Assembly (NCBI GenBank): GCA_963730935.1
Contig: CAVSTP010000002.1
Span: 928,001-992,000 of the forward strand
DNA from: an uncultured Nitrospiraceae bacterium
GTDB lineage: Bacteria; Nitrospirota; Nitrospiria; Nitrospirales; Nitrospiraceae
Direction: 5' to 3'
Length of the DNA: 64,000 bases
Shown: positions 1-12,049 of the stretch, piece by piece
Layout: each line of letters starts with the position of its first letter
How positions within the stretch are numbered: position 1 is the stretch's first letter
Program-made: the position numbers and the translations under genes
Notes under the pieces: model-generated
Told to the model about the DNA's origin: nothing
The model's input: the letters and a program-made list of their open reading frames with translations, nothing else
Databases searched by the model: none

Positions 1-1318
1 CGCTGAACGAGGCGTGGCTGAACCCTTTACTGGATCGAGATGAGGCCGTGGCCGGCCTGGATGAATTGTTGCGAGATGCGGTGAAACTTCGGATGCAAGC
101 GGACGTGCCACTGGGGGCATTTCTTTCCGGCGGGATCGATTCATCCATGATCGTGGCGCTGATGCAGGCCCAAAGCGGGAGGCCGGTCAAACCTTTACCA
201 TCGGTTTTTACGAGGCGCTACAACGAAGCCGAACATGCCAAAGCGGTGGCACAGCATTTGGGAACGGCCCACACCGAACTCTACGTGCGGCCAGAAGAAG
301 CGATGGCGGTGATTCCGCGGTTGCCAGTCCTGTATGATGAGCCATTTTCCGACTCTTCGCAAATTCCCACTTTTCTGATTTCTGAACTGGCTCGGCGGGA
401 TGTAACGGTCAGCCTGTCAGGCGATGGAGGGGATGAACTATTCGGCGGGTACGATCGCTATTTTTGGGGCATGAGCATTTGGCGGAAGATGAGCTGGATG
501 CCGCTAGACCTAGGGGCTTGGCCGCCAAAGGCTTGAGGATGCTTTCACCCGACACGTGGGAGACAATCTTCCGATCTGTGGCCCCTATGCTTCCCAAGAA
601 ATTACTAGTCGCCGGAACCCCGGAGACAAAGTTCACCGACTTGCCGAGTTATTGATGGCCGAAGGCCGGAAGCGCTCTATCTCGGTCTGGTTTCCCATTG
701 GAAAACCCCGCCCCATTAATCAGTGGGGCTTCGGAGCCAGCGACGGTATTCACGGACCGACTCAGTGGGCCGATCTGCCGGATTTTCCTCATCGCATGAT
801 GTACTTCGACATGATGATCTATTTGCCAGACGACATTCTGGTCAAAGTGGATCGTGCCAGCATGGGCGTGAGCTTGGAGGCGCGCGTGCCGTTTCTGGAT
901 CATCGCGTCGTCGAGTTTGCCTGGCAAATTCCCCTCTCCATGAAAATCCGAAAGGGCCAAGGGAAATGGCTGCTGCGCCAGCTGCTCTATCGATATGTGC
1001 CGAAGGCGTTGGTCGAACGACCGAAGATGGGTTTTGGCGTCCCGCTCGATATCTGGTTGCGGGCCGTTACGCGAATGGGCCGAATCTCTTTTAGATGAGA
1101 AACAGTTGCGCGACCAGGGATTCTTCGATCCAAATCCAATTCGTGAGATGTGGGCCGAGCATCTCTCCGGCCGACATAATTGGCAGTATCACCTGTGGGA
1201 TGTGCTCATGTTTCAGGCGTGGCTGCAACACGAACGACATAAGAAGCCGGAATTATTTTCTCTTTTTCCTTTTTTGACCCATACACACATCGCGCGTCTT
1301 ACCAATGCTAGACAGTGA
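1..1318 (+). CDS. asnB: Asparagine synthase (glutamine-hydrolysing)-like amidotransferase, C-terminal part; 5' truncated by the window and split by several frameshifts
   Basis: ORFs 48..536, 556..1098 and 995..1318 carry consecutive AsnB motifs: [71 protein letters not shown]. Confidence 0.93.
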
Positions 1319-1630
1319 AGATATCACCACCGACCATCGCAGGTCCTAGTACGAAGGAAGTTCTCCATCGTAAGGATCGGACAATCAGGTGCGAGTGGGA
1401 GAGATGGCGATCGAGCCGCGAAGGATTTCAATCAATCAAGTATCGCGTGAGTATTCCTGTGGGACATGTTCCAATCCTCATCAAGTCTTCGATCTGACCC
1501 TTATCTTCAAAACGATTCTGGCGCTGATTCCAGGAAAGTATGTTGACCCGCTTTCAACGTCCTAAGCCGATGTCCGCGATGAGATCCAGGTGTACACCAC
1601 ATGATTTCTACGCATAGGAGGTCATGAACC

Positions 1631-2861
1631 ATGGGAATGCTCCAGGTCGGTGGTGCAGAAGGGATGACACTGCCTGTCGGCTCTACAACGTCCGGCAGTG
1701 TTCCTTCTGCACTGTCCGCCTATGAAGGTCAATTTGCCGGACTCTTTCCAAAAGATACTCAGGCGTTCGCTTTTTGGAAGGGCCGAGTCGCGTTGTACGC
1801 CATCTTGGAATCTCTGGGCATCGGTCCTGGTGATGAGGTCATCGTCCCTGGTTTTACATGTGTGGTCGTGCCCAATGCCGTCCTCTATCGCGGCGCACGC
1901 CCGGTCTATGTCGATATTGAAGGCACCTCGTTTACCATGGACGTTTCTGATATCGCCAAGAAAATCACCAGCCGGACCAAGGCAATCATAGTCCAGCACA
2001 CATACGGAATTCCTGCAGAGATGGATGCCATCATGGCTATCGCGGTCCGAGGAGGGATTCCTGTCATCGAGGATTGCGCACATGCGCTCGGCTCGACCTA
2101 CAAAGACAGAATCGTCGGCTCAATCGGTGCCGCGGCTTTCTTCAGCTCTCAATGGTCAAAGCCGTACACGACAGGTATGGGGGGAATGGCGGTCTCTGCG
2201 GATCGGAGCCTTTGCCTGAAACTGGCATCGATTCAAGCTCGCTATTCCCGACCCGGGCTCAAGGAAGTCAGCCTGCTCCGTCTTCAAATGAGTATTTACC
2301 ATAAGTTCTTCGTCGCCGCGGCTTTTCTGGATGGCGATGAGGATGTTGAATGTACTTAGCAAGACAGGGTTGTTCATCGCGTCGTCTTCACAGGAAGAGC
2401 TAATGGGCGCGAAACCCGCCGGATATGAAAAGCGCATGTCCGAATTCCAGGCTTTGCGCGGCGTGATAGAACTATCGCAGCTCGGGGACAATCTCGCTTC
2501 TCGCGAGCAGCTTGCAGATCGGTACAGCCGGCTACTTCGTGATAGCGGGCTCAAGCCGGTGACAATTCCGCCGGGAAGTAGGCCAGTGTTGTTGCGCTAT
2601 CCACTTCTTGTGAAAAATAAGCCGGCAGTACTAGCCGAAGCGCAACGACGCGCCATTGAAATAGGAAGTTGGTTCGATTCCGTCATCCATCCTTCAGGTT
2701 CACCGCTAAAGGATATGGGGTATTTGCCTGGGCAATGTCCGGTTGCAGAGCGCGTCGTCCAGCACATGGTGAATCTGCCTCTGCATCGTAGAGTGTCTGA
2801 ATACGACGCCCTACGCGTAGTGGACTTCATTAACGAGATGCGAGGACGTGCATACGTCTAG
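1631..2861 (+). CDS. DegT/DnrJ/EryC1/StrS-family PLP-dependent aminotransferase (one frameshift near 2320-2335)
   Basis: GDEVIVPGFTC, IIVQHTYG, VIEDCAHALG and FSSQWSKP in 1631..2359; the C-terminal half (CPVAERV..MVNLPLH) is in 2331..2861. Confidence 0.88.
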
Positions 2862-3050
2862 CAGTGAGCGCAGCACAAGTAAGAGTTCGCTCGACTGCAG
2901 CAATCTCCTGGTAGAGTATGTGCGTGGTAGGAAGGTTGAGCGCGTTTGACATTCACGCGAAAGCCTAAACACCGTGTGGGACGCATTTGGCATGGTCGAA
3001 AGTGTGGCTTGGCTAGAGCACGCAGCCTGGTTTTCGAAGGAGCAACGGCA

Positions 3051-3206
3051 GTGAAGAAGTTATTTGACGCGATTCGATTGGCTATGGTTGTAACCGCATT
3101 TATAGTTGCAGTTTCCTTTCTCAGTCCCTCGCCGCGTGACGGAGAAGGACTGGGAAAGAGCATGCGCCTCTCGTTCTCATATACCTCACTAACGCCGGAA
3201 GCCTAA
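3051..3206 (+). CDS. Putative small single-helix membrane protein (about 51 aa)
   Basis: GTG at 3051 after AAGGAG; one hydrophobic stretch LAMVVTAFIVAVSFL; stop 12 nt before the next gene. Confidence 0.35.
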   Translation: MKKLFDAIRLAMVVTAFIVAVSFLSPSPRDGEGLGKSMRLSFSYTSLTPEA

Positions 3207-3218
3207 CATCGAGGAATC

Positions 3219-4443
3219 ATGCATACTGCAACTCAACTCACACATGACGATCCCACAACCAAGTCCAGAAGGACTCCAATGGCTATTCCTGGAGTGGGAT
3301 ATTCCCGGCAGAAAACCGCGCCCCTCCTACTACTGAATGACGAGAAGTATTTTCACGTCCATCGGTTAGATCACGCCAGAGCGGCTAGGGAAGCCGGCCT
3401 AGAGGTAGTTGTTTCCACCCGTGTGGAAGTTGATGGGAAGGGGATCGAACAGGAAGGATTTCGGTATCTCCCAAATCCCTTCAAGAGAGGCATTCGACCG
3501 CCCTTGCAGGACCTATCCGCGCTAGCGAAATTGACTAAACTTTACCAACGAGAGAAGCCCGACATTGTCCATCATTTTGCATTGAAGCCCGTTCTTTACG
3601 GTTCGTGGGCTGCGCGGCAAGCCGGGATTCCGTCCGTGGTCAATACATTCACTGGCCTTGGATTCGCATTCATGAGAAATGAGTGGCGATCTCGTCTGCT
3701 GCGCATCGGACTGACGGCTGCTTTACGTTCCGCGCTCAGCATTCCTAATTCCCGTGCGCTGTTCGAGAACGCAGCAGATCGGGATCGATTGATTGGCGCC
3801 AAAGTCGTGCGGCGGGAACAAACCGCATTGGTCAGGGGCACCGGCATAGATATCGGAAGGTTTCACTTCACATTGGAGCAGGAAAGCACACCAGTAGTTG
3901 TGCTGGCATGCCGAATGCTGTGGGACAAAGGAGTGGGCGAATTCGTTCAAGCTGCGAAATTGCTGAAGGAGAAACACGTCCCAGGACGGTTCATCCTCGT
4001 CGGTACCCCTGATCCTGACAGTCCGACGACAATCTCTGAGGCTCAACTGTTAGCTTGGCAACAAGAGGGGAATGTCGAATGGTGGGGTTATCGAGATAAT
4101 ATGCCCGAGATTCTCGCCTCCGCTCATGTAGTAGTGCTCCCCTCATACTACGAAGGGCTTCCAAGAATTTTGCAAGAAGCATGTGCTAGCGGTCGCCCGA
4201 TCGTGGCCACCTCGATCCCGGGTTGTTCCGAGGCTGTGCGGCATGGAGAAAACGGTTTCCTTATGCCGCCGAGATCTCCAGTCGCGCTAGCTGAGGCGAT
4301 TAATATGCTCCTGGAAAATCCCAGCCTCCGACGCCGTATGGGAATGTGCGGACGCGAGATCGCACAACGTGAGTTTTCGGCGGAGCGCTGTTGGGAAGCA
4401 TCGCGCTCTATCATGAATGCTGATAGAACTTTCCGACGCCTAA
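3219..4443 (+). CDS. Glycosyltransferase family 4 (CapM-like); 3' end disturbed by indels, end approximate
   Basis: KPDIVHHFALKPVLYG, RMLWDKGVGEF and VLPSYYEGLPRILQEA (EX7E motif). The raw ORF runs to 4532 by reading into the next gene's first TM segment; TAA at 4441-4443 is the likelier stop. Confidence 0.88.
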
Positions 4444-4475
4444 GTTTTAAAGGTGGATTCCACAGTGGGAGTACA

Positions 4476-6440
4476 GTGCTGCTAACTTCCTTTCTTGTCG
4501 TTCTTATTGCTTGGTGTCCTCGCTGGTGTTGACGCCGATCGTTCGCGATGTGGCCGTTCGTCTCGGCGCGGTGGACAAACCTGGAGAACGGAAAATTCAT
4601 CGTCTTCCGGTCCCGAACCTCGGCGGGGTTAGTGTTTTTCTGTCCGTATGTCTCACGATTTTCATCGCCCACGAGCTTCAACTGATCAGCGGAGGAGTCA
4701 TCTTTGGTGTTGGAGAACCTACAGAGATACTATGGGGGATAGTCATAGTCTTTCTTATCGGCGTCTATGATGATCTCAACCCTGTCCCACCGTGGGTGAA
4801 GTTTTTGTTCCAATGTATTGCAGCCGGTATCGTCATCTGGTCTGGTATTCGAATCGATGTGATTTCGATCTTCGGTTCAGGTTCCATCAATCCCGGGATA
4901 TTCGCGGTCCCACTCACCTTCTTATGGATCGTCGGCCTGACCAATGCCTTTAATCTCATCGATGGATTGGACGGGCTGGCGGCTGGCTTGGGCATTATTG
5001 CGGCAACAACGAGCGCGATAATCTTTTTCATTGCCGGAGCGGCGCCATCAGAAGGTGCGTTGCTGCTCATACTGGCAGGGGCTCTGGCTGGATTTCTCCG
5101 CTATAACTTCCATCCCGCTTCGATCTTTCTGGGTGATTCCGGAAGCCAGGTTATTGGGTATATGTTGGCGACATTATCGGTGGCCGGGTCTCAAAAGGCG
5201 GCCATTGCACTGCCGGTAATCATTCCGCTGCTGGTGTTCGGCTTGCCCATTCTGGATACATTACTGTCAATGCTTCGCCGAGCCGGAAAGGAATTACGAT
5301 CCCGCCCAGAAGATCGCATAAGTCTCACAAGGTGGATTCACTCGATGAAGCGAATGTCCGTAGCGGACCGGGATCATGTTCATCACCGCCTGCTCGCGAT
5401 GGGTTTGACCCATCGCGCTGCTGTACTCATGCTGTATGGTCTCGCGTCAGGACTTTCGCTTCTTGCGTTCATCGCGGTCATTGCAGATTATCGCAATGCC
5501 GGGGCAATTCTTCTGACGGTCATCATTGGCGCATATGTTGGTATTCGGAAGCTGGGCTACGAAGAAATTGCCTTAGTGAAGACCAGCGCCCTGCTACAGT
5601 GGGATGAGCGAATGATCCTGACGCGATTGTCGTCCCTCGCCCTTATGGATGGTGCGTTAATCACTACCGCGTACTGGGGCGCATTCGCCTTAAAATACGA
5701 CGGTGCGTGGGCATCCGGGATTACGAGTTGGTTTGTCGTTGCCTTTCCGGTTGTGCTTATCATTCAGATCGGTGTCCTTCGAGGCTTAGGTCACTATCGA
5801 GGTATCCGACGCGCGATGGGAATTGCAGATCTTCTTCCCCTGGGTTTGGCGGTTGCCGTTGCCGTCGTCCTTTCTTATGTCGTATCGGCGATCAGTTCAA
5901 CTCCCTCAGGCGTTGCGAGCTTCTTCGGCATCGATGGGATACTTTTGGAAATCCTTGTCATCGGCGGGCACAGTGCTTACATGGTTCTAGCTCATCTGCG
6001 CCGCCGGGGCACAGTGAGCAAAGATGTTCATGTTCTCATTTATGGAGCAGGGCGACGGGGTGAATCGATAGTGAGGGAGTTACAGGAAAATCGAGGTCTC
6101 GACCTGTGTCCGATCGGCTTTCTGGATGATGATCCGAATCTCGCTGGACTCAAGCTCAATGGTGTACCAGTACTCGGAAGCTAGTCGGGACCTGGCTACT
6201 GTCATTCGTTCTCAAAAAGTCTCGGCGGTGGTCATCTCCACTCATAGGATCCCTGCTGAGCGCCTGGTCTCTCTCATGAAACTCTGTTCAGAACAACGAA
6301 TGCCCGTTTTGCGATATGATTTCCAATTAGAGCGCCTATCAGGCGTCGGATCGTCTTTGATTCGTGAAAATGCAGAACGGAGGGACCAAATCGCGACGGG
6401 GAGTAGAGTGGCATCGGTACGAGAGTATTCTGCTCCGTAA
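4476..6440 (+). CDS. wecA: MraY/WecA-family undecaprenyl-phosphate sugar-1-P transferase fused to a C-terminal CapD-type 4-TM plus Rossmann (CoA-binding-like) module; frameshifts near 4510 and 6180
   Basis: D.PGERKIH..PVPNLGG, IGVYDD, NAFNLIDGLDGLA, FLGDSGS, ADRDHVHHRL; then VLIYGAGRRG and IGFLDDDP..NGVPVLG, continuing in 6126..6440. Confidence 0.85.
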
Positions 6441-6886
6441 AGGTGGCCACGCCCTGGCTCTCGTATAGGGAGAAGTTCTAATGACTCTGAACACGCTTAC
6501 TTCCTGTGTCAATCTCCGACTTGTCCACAGTTCCACAATACTTGCACTCGGGCTGAAGCCTGCGGCGGCTTTACAGAAGGGAGGAGTTAACCGATACGGC
6601 AGATTTGTGCTCGTCTACTGGTTCATTCAATTACCTCGATCACGTCTCCCGTCCCTGCCGACCAGAAGGCTCCGAGTGGGGGAAGCTTGTAATGATAAAC
6701 TCTCCGACCTCCCTTTCGTGAAAGATCGTTAAAGCCCGTGCTTGTTAGCGCCACGAGATCCTGATTCAAACATCTCAACTTCTGTAGAGCTGTGGACATG
6801 GGGAAATAACTTTGCGTCTGCCTAGACTCTGCGCGGATTATCATCCCCTTCTAGAAGTCGCTCCTAACTTGGAAAGGTAAAACCAC

Positions 6887-8098
6887 ATGTCACTGAATGC
6901 ATCCGGCATGTCCGTTCGAGAGAAATTTCTTCCCTTTGCATTGCCTTCTATCGGAGAAGACGAGATTCATGAAGTAGTGGACTCCCTGCGTTCCGGCTGG
7001 ATTACAACTGGCCCCAAGGTAAAGCGATTCGAAGGAGATTTCGCTGGATACGTCGAAACCAAGCACGCGATCGCCGTCAACTCATGCACGGCAGCAATTC
7101 ACGTTGCACTAACTGCCATGGGTATTGGTCCAGGGGACGAAGTGATTGTGCCGACGCTGACATTTTGCTCTACGGCAAATGTGGTGGTTCACCGCGGGGC
7201 AAGACCGGTGCTCGTCGATTGCGGCGAGGACTTTAATGTGAAGCCCGAGGATATTGAGCAAGCCATTACCCCTCGCACTCGAGCAATCATTCCGGTTCAC
7301 TATAGTGGACAGGCATGTGAACTGAATCCCATCTATGAGCTTGCGCGGAAACACAATCTCGCAGTCATTGAGGATGCTGCCCATGCGGTGGGTTCGGAAT
7401 ACCATAACCAGAAGATTGGGGCTGATCAGCTGGGACATGCTTTGGATGCAGCGCAGCGTGTGACGTGTTTCAGTTTCTATGCAACAAAGAACCTGGCGAC
7501 CGGTGAAGGCGGCATGATCACAACCGCTGATCCAAAGCTCGCCGAGTTCATGCGACTTTTGAGCCTCCACGGCATGAGCAAAGATGCCTGGAAGCGCTAC
7601 AGCGGGTCCGGTTCCTGGTATTACGAAGTGCTCGCAGCGGGATACAAAGATAACATGACGGATATTCAGGCAGCCATGGGGATCCATCAGCTCAAAAGGC
7701 TTGACGAGTTCATCGAAAGGCGCGCCCACTATGCCAGGCTCTATGATGAAGCCTTTGCGGCCATGCCTGAAATCGACACGCCGCTCGTGCGAGCCAATCG
7801 AAAGCACGCATGGCACCTGTATGTCATTAAGTTGAGCCTCGAACGATTGGCTATTGATCGTTCGCAATTCATTGAACAACTGCGCGCCCGCAACATCGGC
7901 GCAAGCGTCCATTTTATTCCCGTGCACCTTCATCCCCACTACCAAGATCGATTTGGGTACCACAGGGGTGATTTAAAGAATGCCGAGTACCTCTACGACC
8001 GAATCGTCTCATTACCGCTCTATCCGGGAATGACCGAAGAAGATGTCCAAGACGTCATTGGGGCGGTCCGAGATGTGATTTCCTCGAACAGGAGGTGA
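6887..8098 (+). CDS. DegT/DnrJ/EryC1/StrS-family NDP-sugar aminotransferase (ArnB/PseC-like)
   Basis: SGWITTGPKV, AVNSCTAA, IEDAAHA, FSFYATKNLATGEGG (PLP lysine), SLPLYP. Confidence 0.93.
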   Translation: MSLNASGMSVREKFLPFALPSIGEDEIHEVVDSLRSGWITTGPKVKRFEGDFAGYVETKHAIAVNSCTAAIHVALTAMGIGPGDEVIVPTLTFCSTANVVVHRGARPVLVDCGEDFNVKPEDIEQAITPRTRAIIPVHYSGQACELNPIYELARKHNLAVIEDAAHAVGSEYHNQKIGADQLGHALDAAQRVTCFSFYATKNLATGEGGMITTADPKLAEFMRLLSLHGMSKDAWKRYSGSGSWYYEVLAAGYKDNMTDIQAAMGIHQLKRLDEFIERRAHYARLYDEAFAAMPEIDTPLVRANRKHAWHLYVIKLSLERLAIDRSQFIEQLRARNIGASVHFIPVHLHPHYQDRFGYHRGDLKNAEYLYDRIVSLPLYPGMTEEDVQDVIGAVRDVISSNRR

Positions 8099-9678
8099 TT
8101 CTGATGTTAGCGACTGAACATGCACGTCCTTCACGTCCTTTGTTGGAGGCCGGTGTGCGAATGGCAGCCGACGTCGTGATGGTCAACGCAGCTTGGGCTG
8201 CCGCCTTGCTTGCACGACTCGGCTTCGAGATTGGCATGCAAGAGCAGGGGGTACCTCACAGAGGATTGATAGAGTACGTGGATATATTCTTCGGCACCTT
8301 TGGGATTCTCACGATCATCTCACTGGTCGTGTTCTGTGCTAGTGGATTTTATACGCGTGGCAGATTCTATCAGGGCAAATATAAGGCGCTCGTTGTAGGT
8401 CAGGCGGTCAGCGTCAGCTATCTCGCCTTTGGGTTTGTCGCGTTCTTCTTTGGTATTGCTGTGGGGCTCCCCCGTGGGGCATGGTTTGTGGGCTGGATCC
8501 TCACATGCGCCTTCCTCATTACGGCGCGGCTGTGGTCCATGTTATGGAAAACCTTTGTTACTGGTGAGACTGAAAAACGGGATCCGACTGTTCGACCGCA
8601 AAGTGCTAGGAGAGTCCTGGTCATTGGCGGCGCGGGCTACATCGGTTCGGCGTTGCTTCCGAAGCTCTTGGAACGCGGCTACCATGTGCGTCTCTTGGAT
8701 CTGTTCCTGTTCGGAAGAGAGCCCATTGCGAATCTTCTTGGTCATCCCAATCTTGAAATTATCGAAGCTGACTTCCGGCACATGGACAAGATAGTTCGGG
8801 CGATGCGGGGAATGGACGAGGTCATCCACCTAGGAGGCATCGTTGGCGATCCCGCTTGCTCGCTAGATCAAGAACTCACCGTCGAAGTAAATTTGATCGC
8901 CACACGGATGATTGCAGAGGCTGCGAAGGGCAGCGGCATCCGACGATTTTGTTTTGCCAGCACATGTTCGGTGTATGGCGCCTGTGATCAGATTCTCGAC
9001 GAGCGATCGGAAGTGAATCCTATCTCCCTCTATGCGCAGAGCAAGCTCGCCTCGGAAAATGTGCTCAGGACAATGGCTGACGAGTCTTTCTGCCCGGTCA
9101 TGCTGCGTTTTGGCACGGTCTATGGGCAATCGGGGCGAACGAGATTTGATTTGGTCATCAATTTGCTGACCGCCAAAGCATTCGTTGAGGGAACGATTAC
9201 CGTGTTCGGTGGGGGACAATGGAGACCCTTTGTGCACGTCGATGATGCCGCTCTGGCATTGGTAAAAGCGGTTGAAGCACCGGCAGAAATGGTCGGCGGT
9301 GAAGTGTTCAACGTAGGTTCCAATGAACAGAATTATCAGCTCGGAGAAGCTGCGCAAGCGATCCAGTCATTGGTTCCGAAGGCCGGCATTGTGGAGATGG
9401 GAGCCGGTACGGACTTTCGCAATTATCGGGTGGACTTCACGAAGATCACGCGAACGATGGGTTTTATCCCGCGGTGGACATTGCAAGAGGGAATCAAACA
9501 AATCATTGCCGCCTTGGAAAGCGGTGAAGTGGAAGACTATCGGCATTCAATGTATAGCAACGTGAAGTTCCTGAGCGAGGATAGTAACTGCCACCTGATC
9601 CGACGGGAAATGGGATGGGCGGTGCGCTTGATGAATCAAGGGGTTGAGCCGCGAACAACGGTTGGCGCTATCAACTGA
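8095..9678 (+). CDS. NAD-dependent epimerase/dehydratase (extended SDR) with an N-terminal 4-TM domain
   Basis: GGAGYIG, ASTCSVYG, YAQSK (YxxxK), GQWRPFVHV; about 150 hydrophobic N-terminal residues. Confidence 0.9.
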   Translation: MILMLATEHARPSRPLLEAGVRMAADVVMVNAAWAAALLARLGFEIGMQEQGVPHRGLIEYVDIFFGTFGILTIISLVVFCASGFYTRGRFYQGKYKALVVGQAVSVSYLAFGFVAFFFGIAVGLPRGAWFVGWILTCAFLITARLWSMLWKTFVTGETEKRDPTVRPQSARRVLVIGGAGYIGSALLPKLLERGYHVRLLDLFLFGREPIANLLGHPNLEIIEADFRHMDKIVRAMRGMDEVIHLGGIVGDPACSLDQELTVEVNLIATRMIAEAAKGSGIRRFCFASTCSVYGACDQILDERSEVNPISLYAQSKLASENVLRTMADESFCPVMLRFGTVYGQSGRTRFDLVINLLTAKAFVEGTITVFGGGQWRPFVHVDDAALALVKAVEAPAEMVGGEVFNVGSNEQNYQLGEAAQAIQSLVPKAGIVEMGAGTDFRNYRVDFTKITRTMGFIPRWTLQEGIKQIIAALESGEVEDYRHSMYSNVKFLSEDSNCHLIRREMGWAVRLMNQGVEPRTTVGAIN

Positions 9679-9713
9679 CCTTCCTCACGATCCTGTCATT
9701 GCTTGCATTCCTT

Positions 9714-10731
9714 ATGAGTCAGATGAACGGGCTTACCCGAAAGGGCGTTCTCGTCATTTCCCTGGACTACGAGTCCTATTGGGGTGTCCGTGATAGTGTC
9801 TACCATTGAACAGTATAGAAAAAAGCTTCTCGGAGAGCGTCGCGTAATTAAAGATCTATTGGAACTTTTCCAAGAATATGGAATTCACTGCACTTGGGCC
9901 ATTGTCGGATTTCTGTTTGCCGAAACACGCGATGAATTGATAGAAGCTGTGCCGAGCACTCGCCCACAGTATCAAGATCTTACCTTGTCGCCGTACAACT
10001 CTCTCGACAAAATTGGCAAGGACGAGCATGAAGACCCTTTTCACTATGGCGCTTCTCTCATCGCCCTGATTGCTGCGACTCCTCACCAGGAGATCGGCAC
10101 CCACACCTTCTCGCATTACTATTGTTTGGAAAAGGGGCAAGGCGCAGATGCGTTCAGAGCCGACCTAAACGCGGCGATCGATATCGCGGGGAAACGGAAT
10201 CTCCGGCTGGAGAGCATTGTTTTCCCCAGAAACCAATGTAATGGACAATATCTGAGAATCTGCAAGGAGGCCGGAATCAAGGCCTATCGAGGCAATGAGC
10301 GTTCGTGGATTTATCGGGCCAAAAGCCGAGAAGAGGAAACGTTGCTGAGAAGGGGCGTGCGCCTCATAGATGCCTATCTCCCCGTTGCCGGTCATAATTC
10401 TTATGGTCTTGACAACTTGGGAAGCGAGTTGCCGTTCAACATCCCCTCGAGTCGTTTTCTCCGCCCTTTCTCGAGCAAACTCCGAATCTTGGAACCACTT
10501 CGGATCAGCCGCATACAATCCGAGCTCCGGTACGCGGCGAAAAATGGATTAATCTATCATCTTTGGTGGCACCCGCATAATTTTGGAGACCATACGGACG
10601 AGAACTTGCGGATCCTCAAGAGCATTTTAGATTGCTTCCGCTCCATGAAGGAAGATTACGGCATGGACAGCTTCACGATGGGTGAGCTAGCTCACACGCG
10701 GATGGCTGGCAATGGGAGGCATGGGACATGA
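9714..10731 (+). CDS. Polysaccharide deacetylase family protein (frameshift near 9790)
   Basis: ATG 9714 gives GVLVISLDYESYWGVRD, continuing in 9784..10731 with TWAIVG, EIGTHTFSHYYC, SIVFPRNQ and YHLWWHPHNFG. Confidence 0.85.
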
Positions 10732-11653
10732 CTTCAAGGATAGGTGCCTTCTTGCCTTGGTGGGGACGTATCGCAACTAAGATTGTGCTGGCTCGTGTCC
10801 CGGTGGGTTACCGTTTGTGGAAGCGGCTGCACGTGTTCGAACTTGGCGCGATGGATAAGCCCACCTATGCATATGGCGTCTTCCGGAGAGCACTTCGATG
10901 CAGTCCGGTCACGCAGAGAGCTAGACAATTTCGTTGGACTGGAACTAGGGCCGGGTGATTCTCTGCTTTCAGCGATGGCGGCTCATGCCCATGGCGCGTC
11001 CGCATATTATCTCGTTGATGCCGGGTTTTTTGCTCAGGCGCCTGTCGCACAGTATCGAGCCATGGCCACATATCTTGCGGAGCATGGGCCGAACGGTCTT
11101 CAAAGGAAAAGACCTGACTTCCATTGATGCCATTATGAAGATATGTGGAGCGTCGTATGGCACCTTAGGGCTGAACTCACTGCGCACGATTCCCGATGGA
11201 TCGGTGGATTTTGTCTGGTCGCACACCGTTCTTCAACACATCAGCAGAGCCGAGTTTCTGGAGACGATGCGAGAACTCCGGCGCGTTCTGCGTGAGGACG
11301 GCATCAGCTCACACTGGGTAGATTTGCAGGATATGTTGGGTGGGGGCCTGAACAATCTCAGGTTTCGGGAATCCGTCTGGGAATCGTCTTTTATGGCCGG
11401 ATCCGGTTTTTACACGAACCGCATTCGATATTCTGAGATGCTGGCATTTTTTAGAGAGACAGGATTCCAAGTCGAGGTGGTCGACGTGATACGCTGGGAC
11501 GGGCTCCCCACACCGCAGTCGAAATTGTGCGATCTCTTTCGGGATCTGCCTGAGGAAGAGCTCTGCGTCCGGTGCTTTCATGTCATTTTGAGACCTAGCA
11601 GGAAGGCCTATAGTAAAGAGGCACAGGGAGGAATTTCGGTATTGCAGCGATGA
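10728..11653 (+). CDS. Class I SAM-dependent methyltransferase (two frameshifts)
   Basis: Three overlapping frames join to KIVLARVP, LELGPGDS, SVDFVWSHTVLQHI, RRVLREDG, VDLQD and YTNRIR. Confidence 0.78.
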
Positions 11654-11927
11654 GGAGGAACATGGGCCCTGGGAGCCGATGAAGATATAGTGACGCGTTG
11701 CTCGAGGTCTTGTGCGAGATCCTTGGAACCCATGCCGAATTGGTCAGCATGGGCTGAGCATTTCTTCGGAAATGCGTCGCTAGGAGTGTTATGTCGAGAT
11801 GTGCTCTTCATGCCTGGAACCGCGAACGTCTTGAGATGCGCAAGCCATCAAGGTTAGCAACTGGAGCCAATGATGGGTGTCAAGACAACTGACCGTGGAA
11901 ATGAAAGTGATTGGTGATGCCACGCTA

Positions 11928-11962
11928 GACGATATCCTGGTCGTTCCCAGAAGTGTTTTTAG
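11928..11962 (+). repeat. Relic copy of the 3' end of the OPX export genes
   Basis: gacgatatcctggtcgttcccagaagtgtttttag matches 12797-12832 (gacgatatcctggttgttcccagaagtttcttttga); it encodes DDILVVPRS. Confidence 0.75.
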
Positions 11963-12049
11963 AGCGGCCCCTGGTGACGTGGGCCGGGAATCTTCTCAAT
12001 CAACAACCAACGTGGAGCAGCATAGGGGTCGAGTTGCCGAGGGAACATT

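Noticed and set aside
6440..6887. ORF 6481..6732 or a mobile-element remnant in the EPS cluster gap
   Set aside because: No convincing RBS, motif, terminal repeats or transposase similarity.
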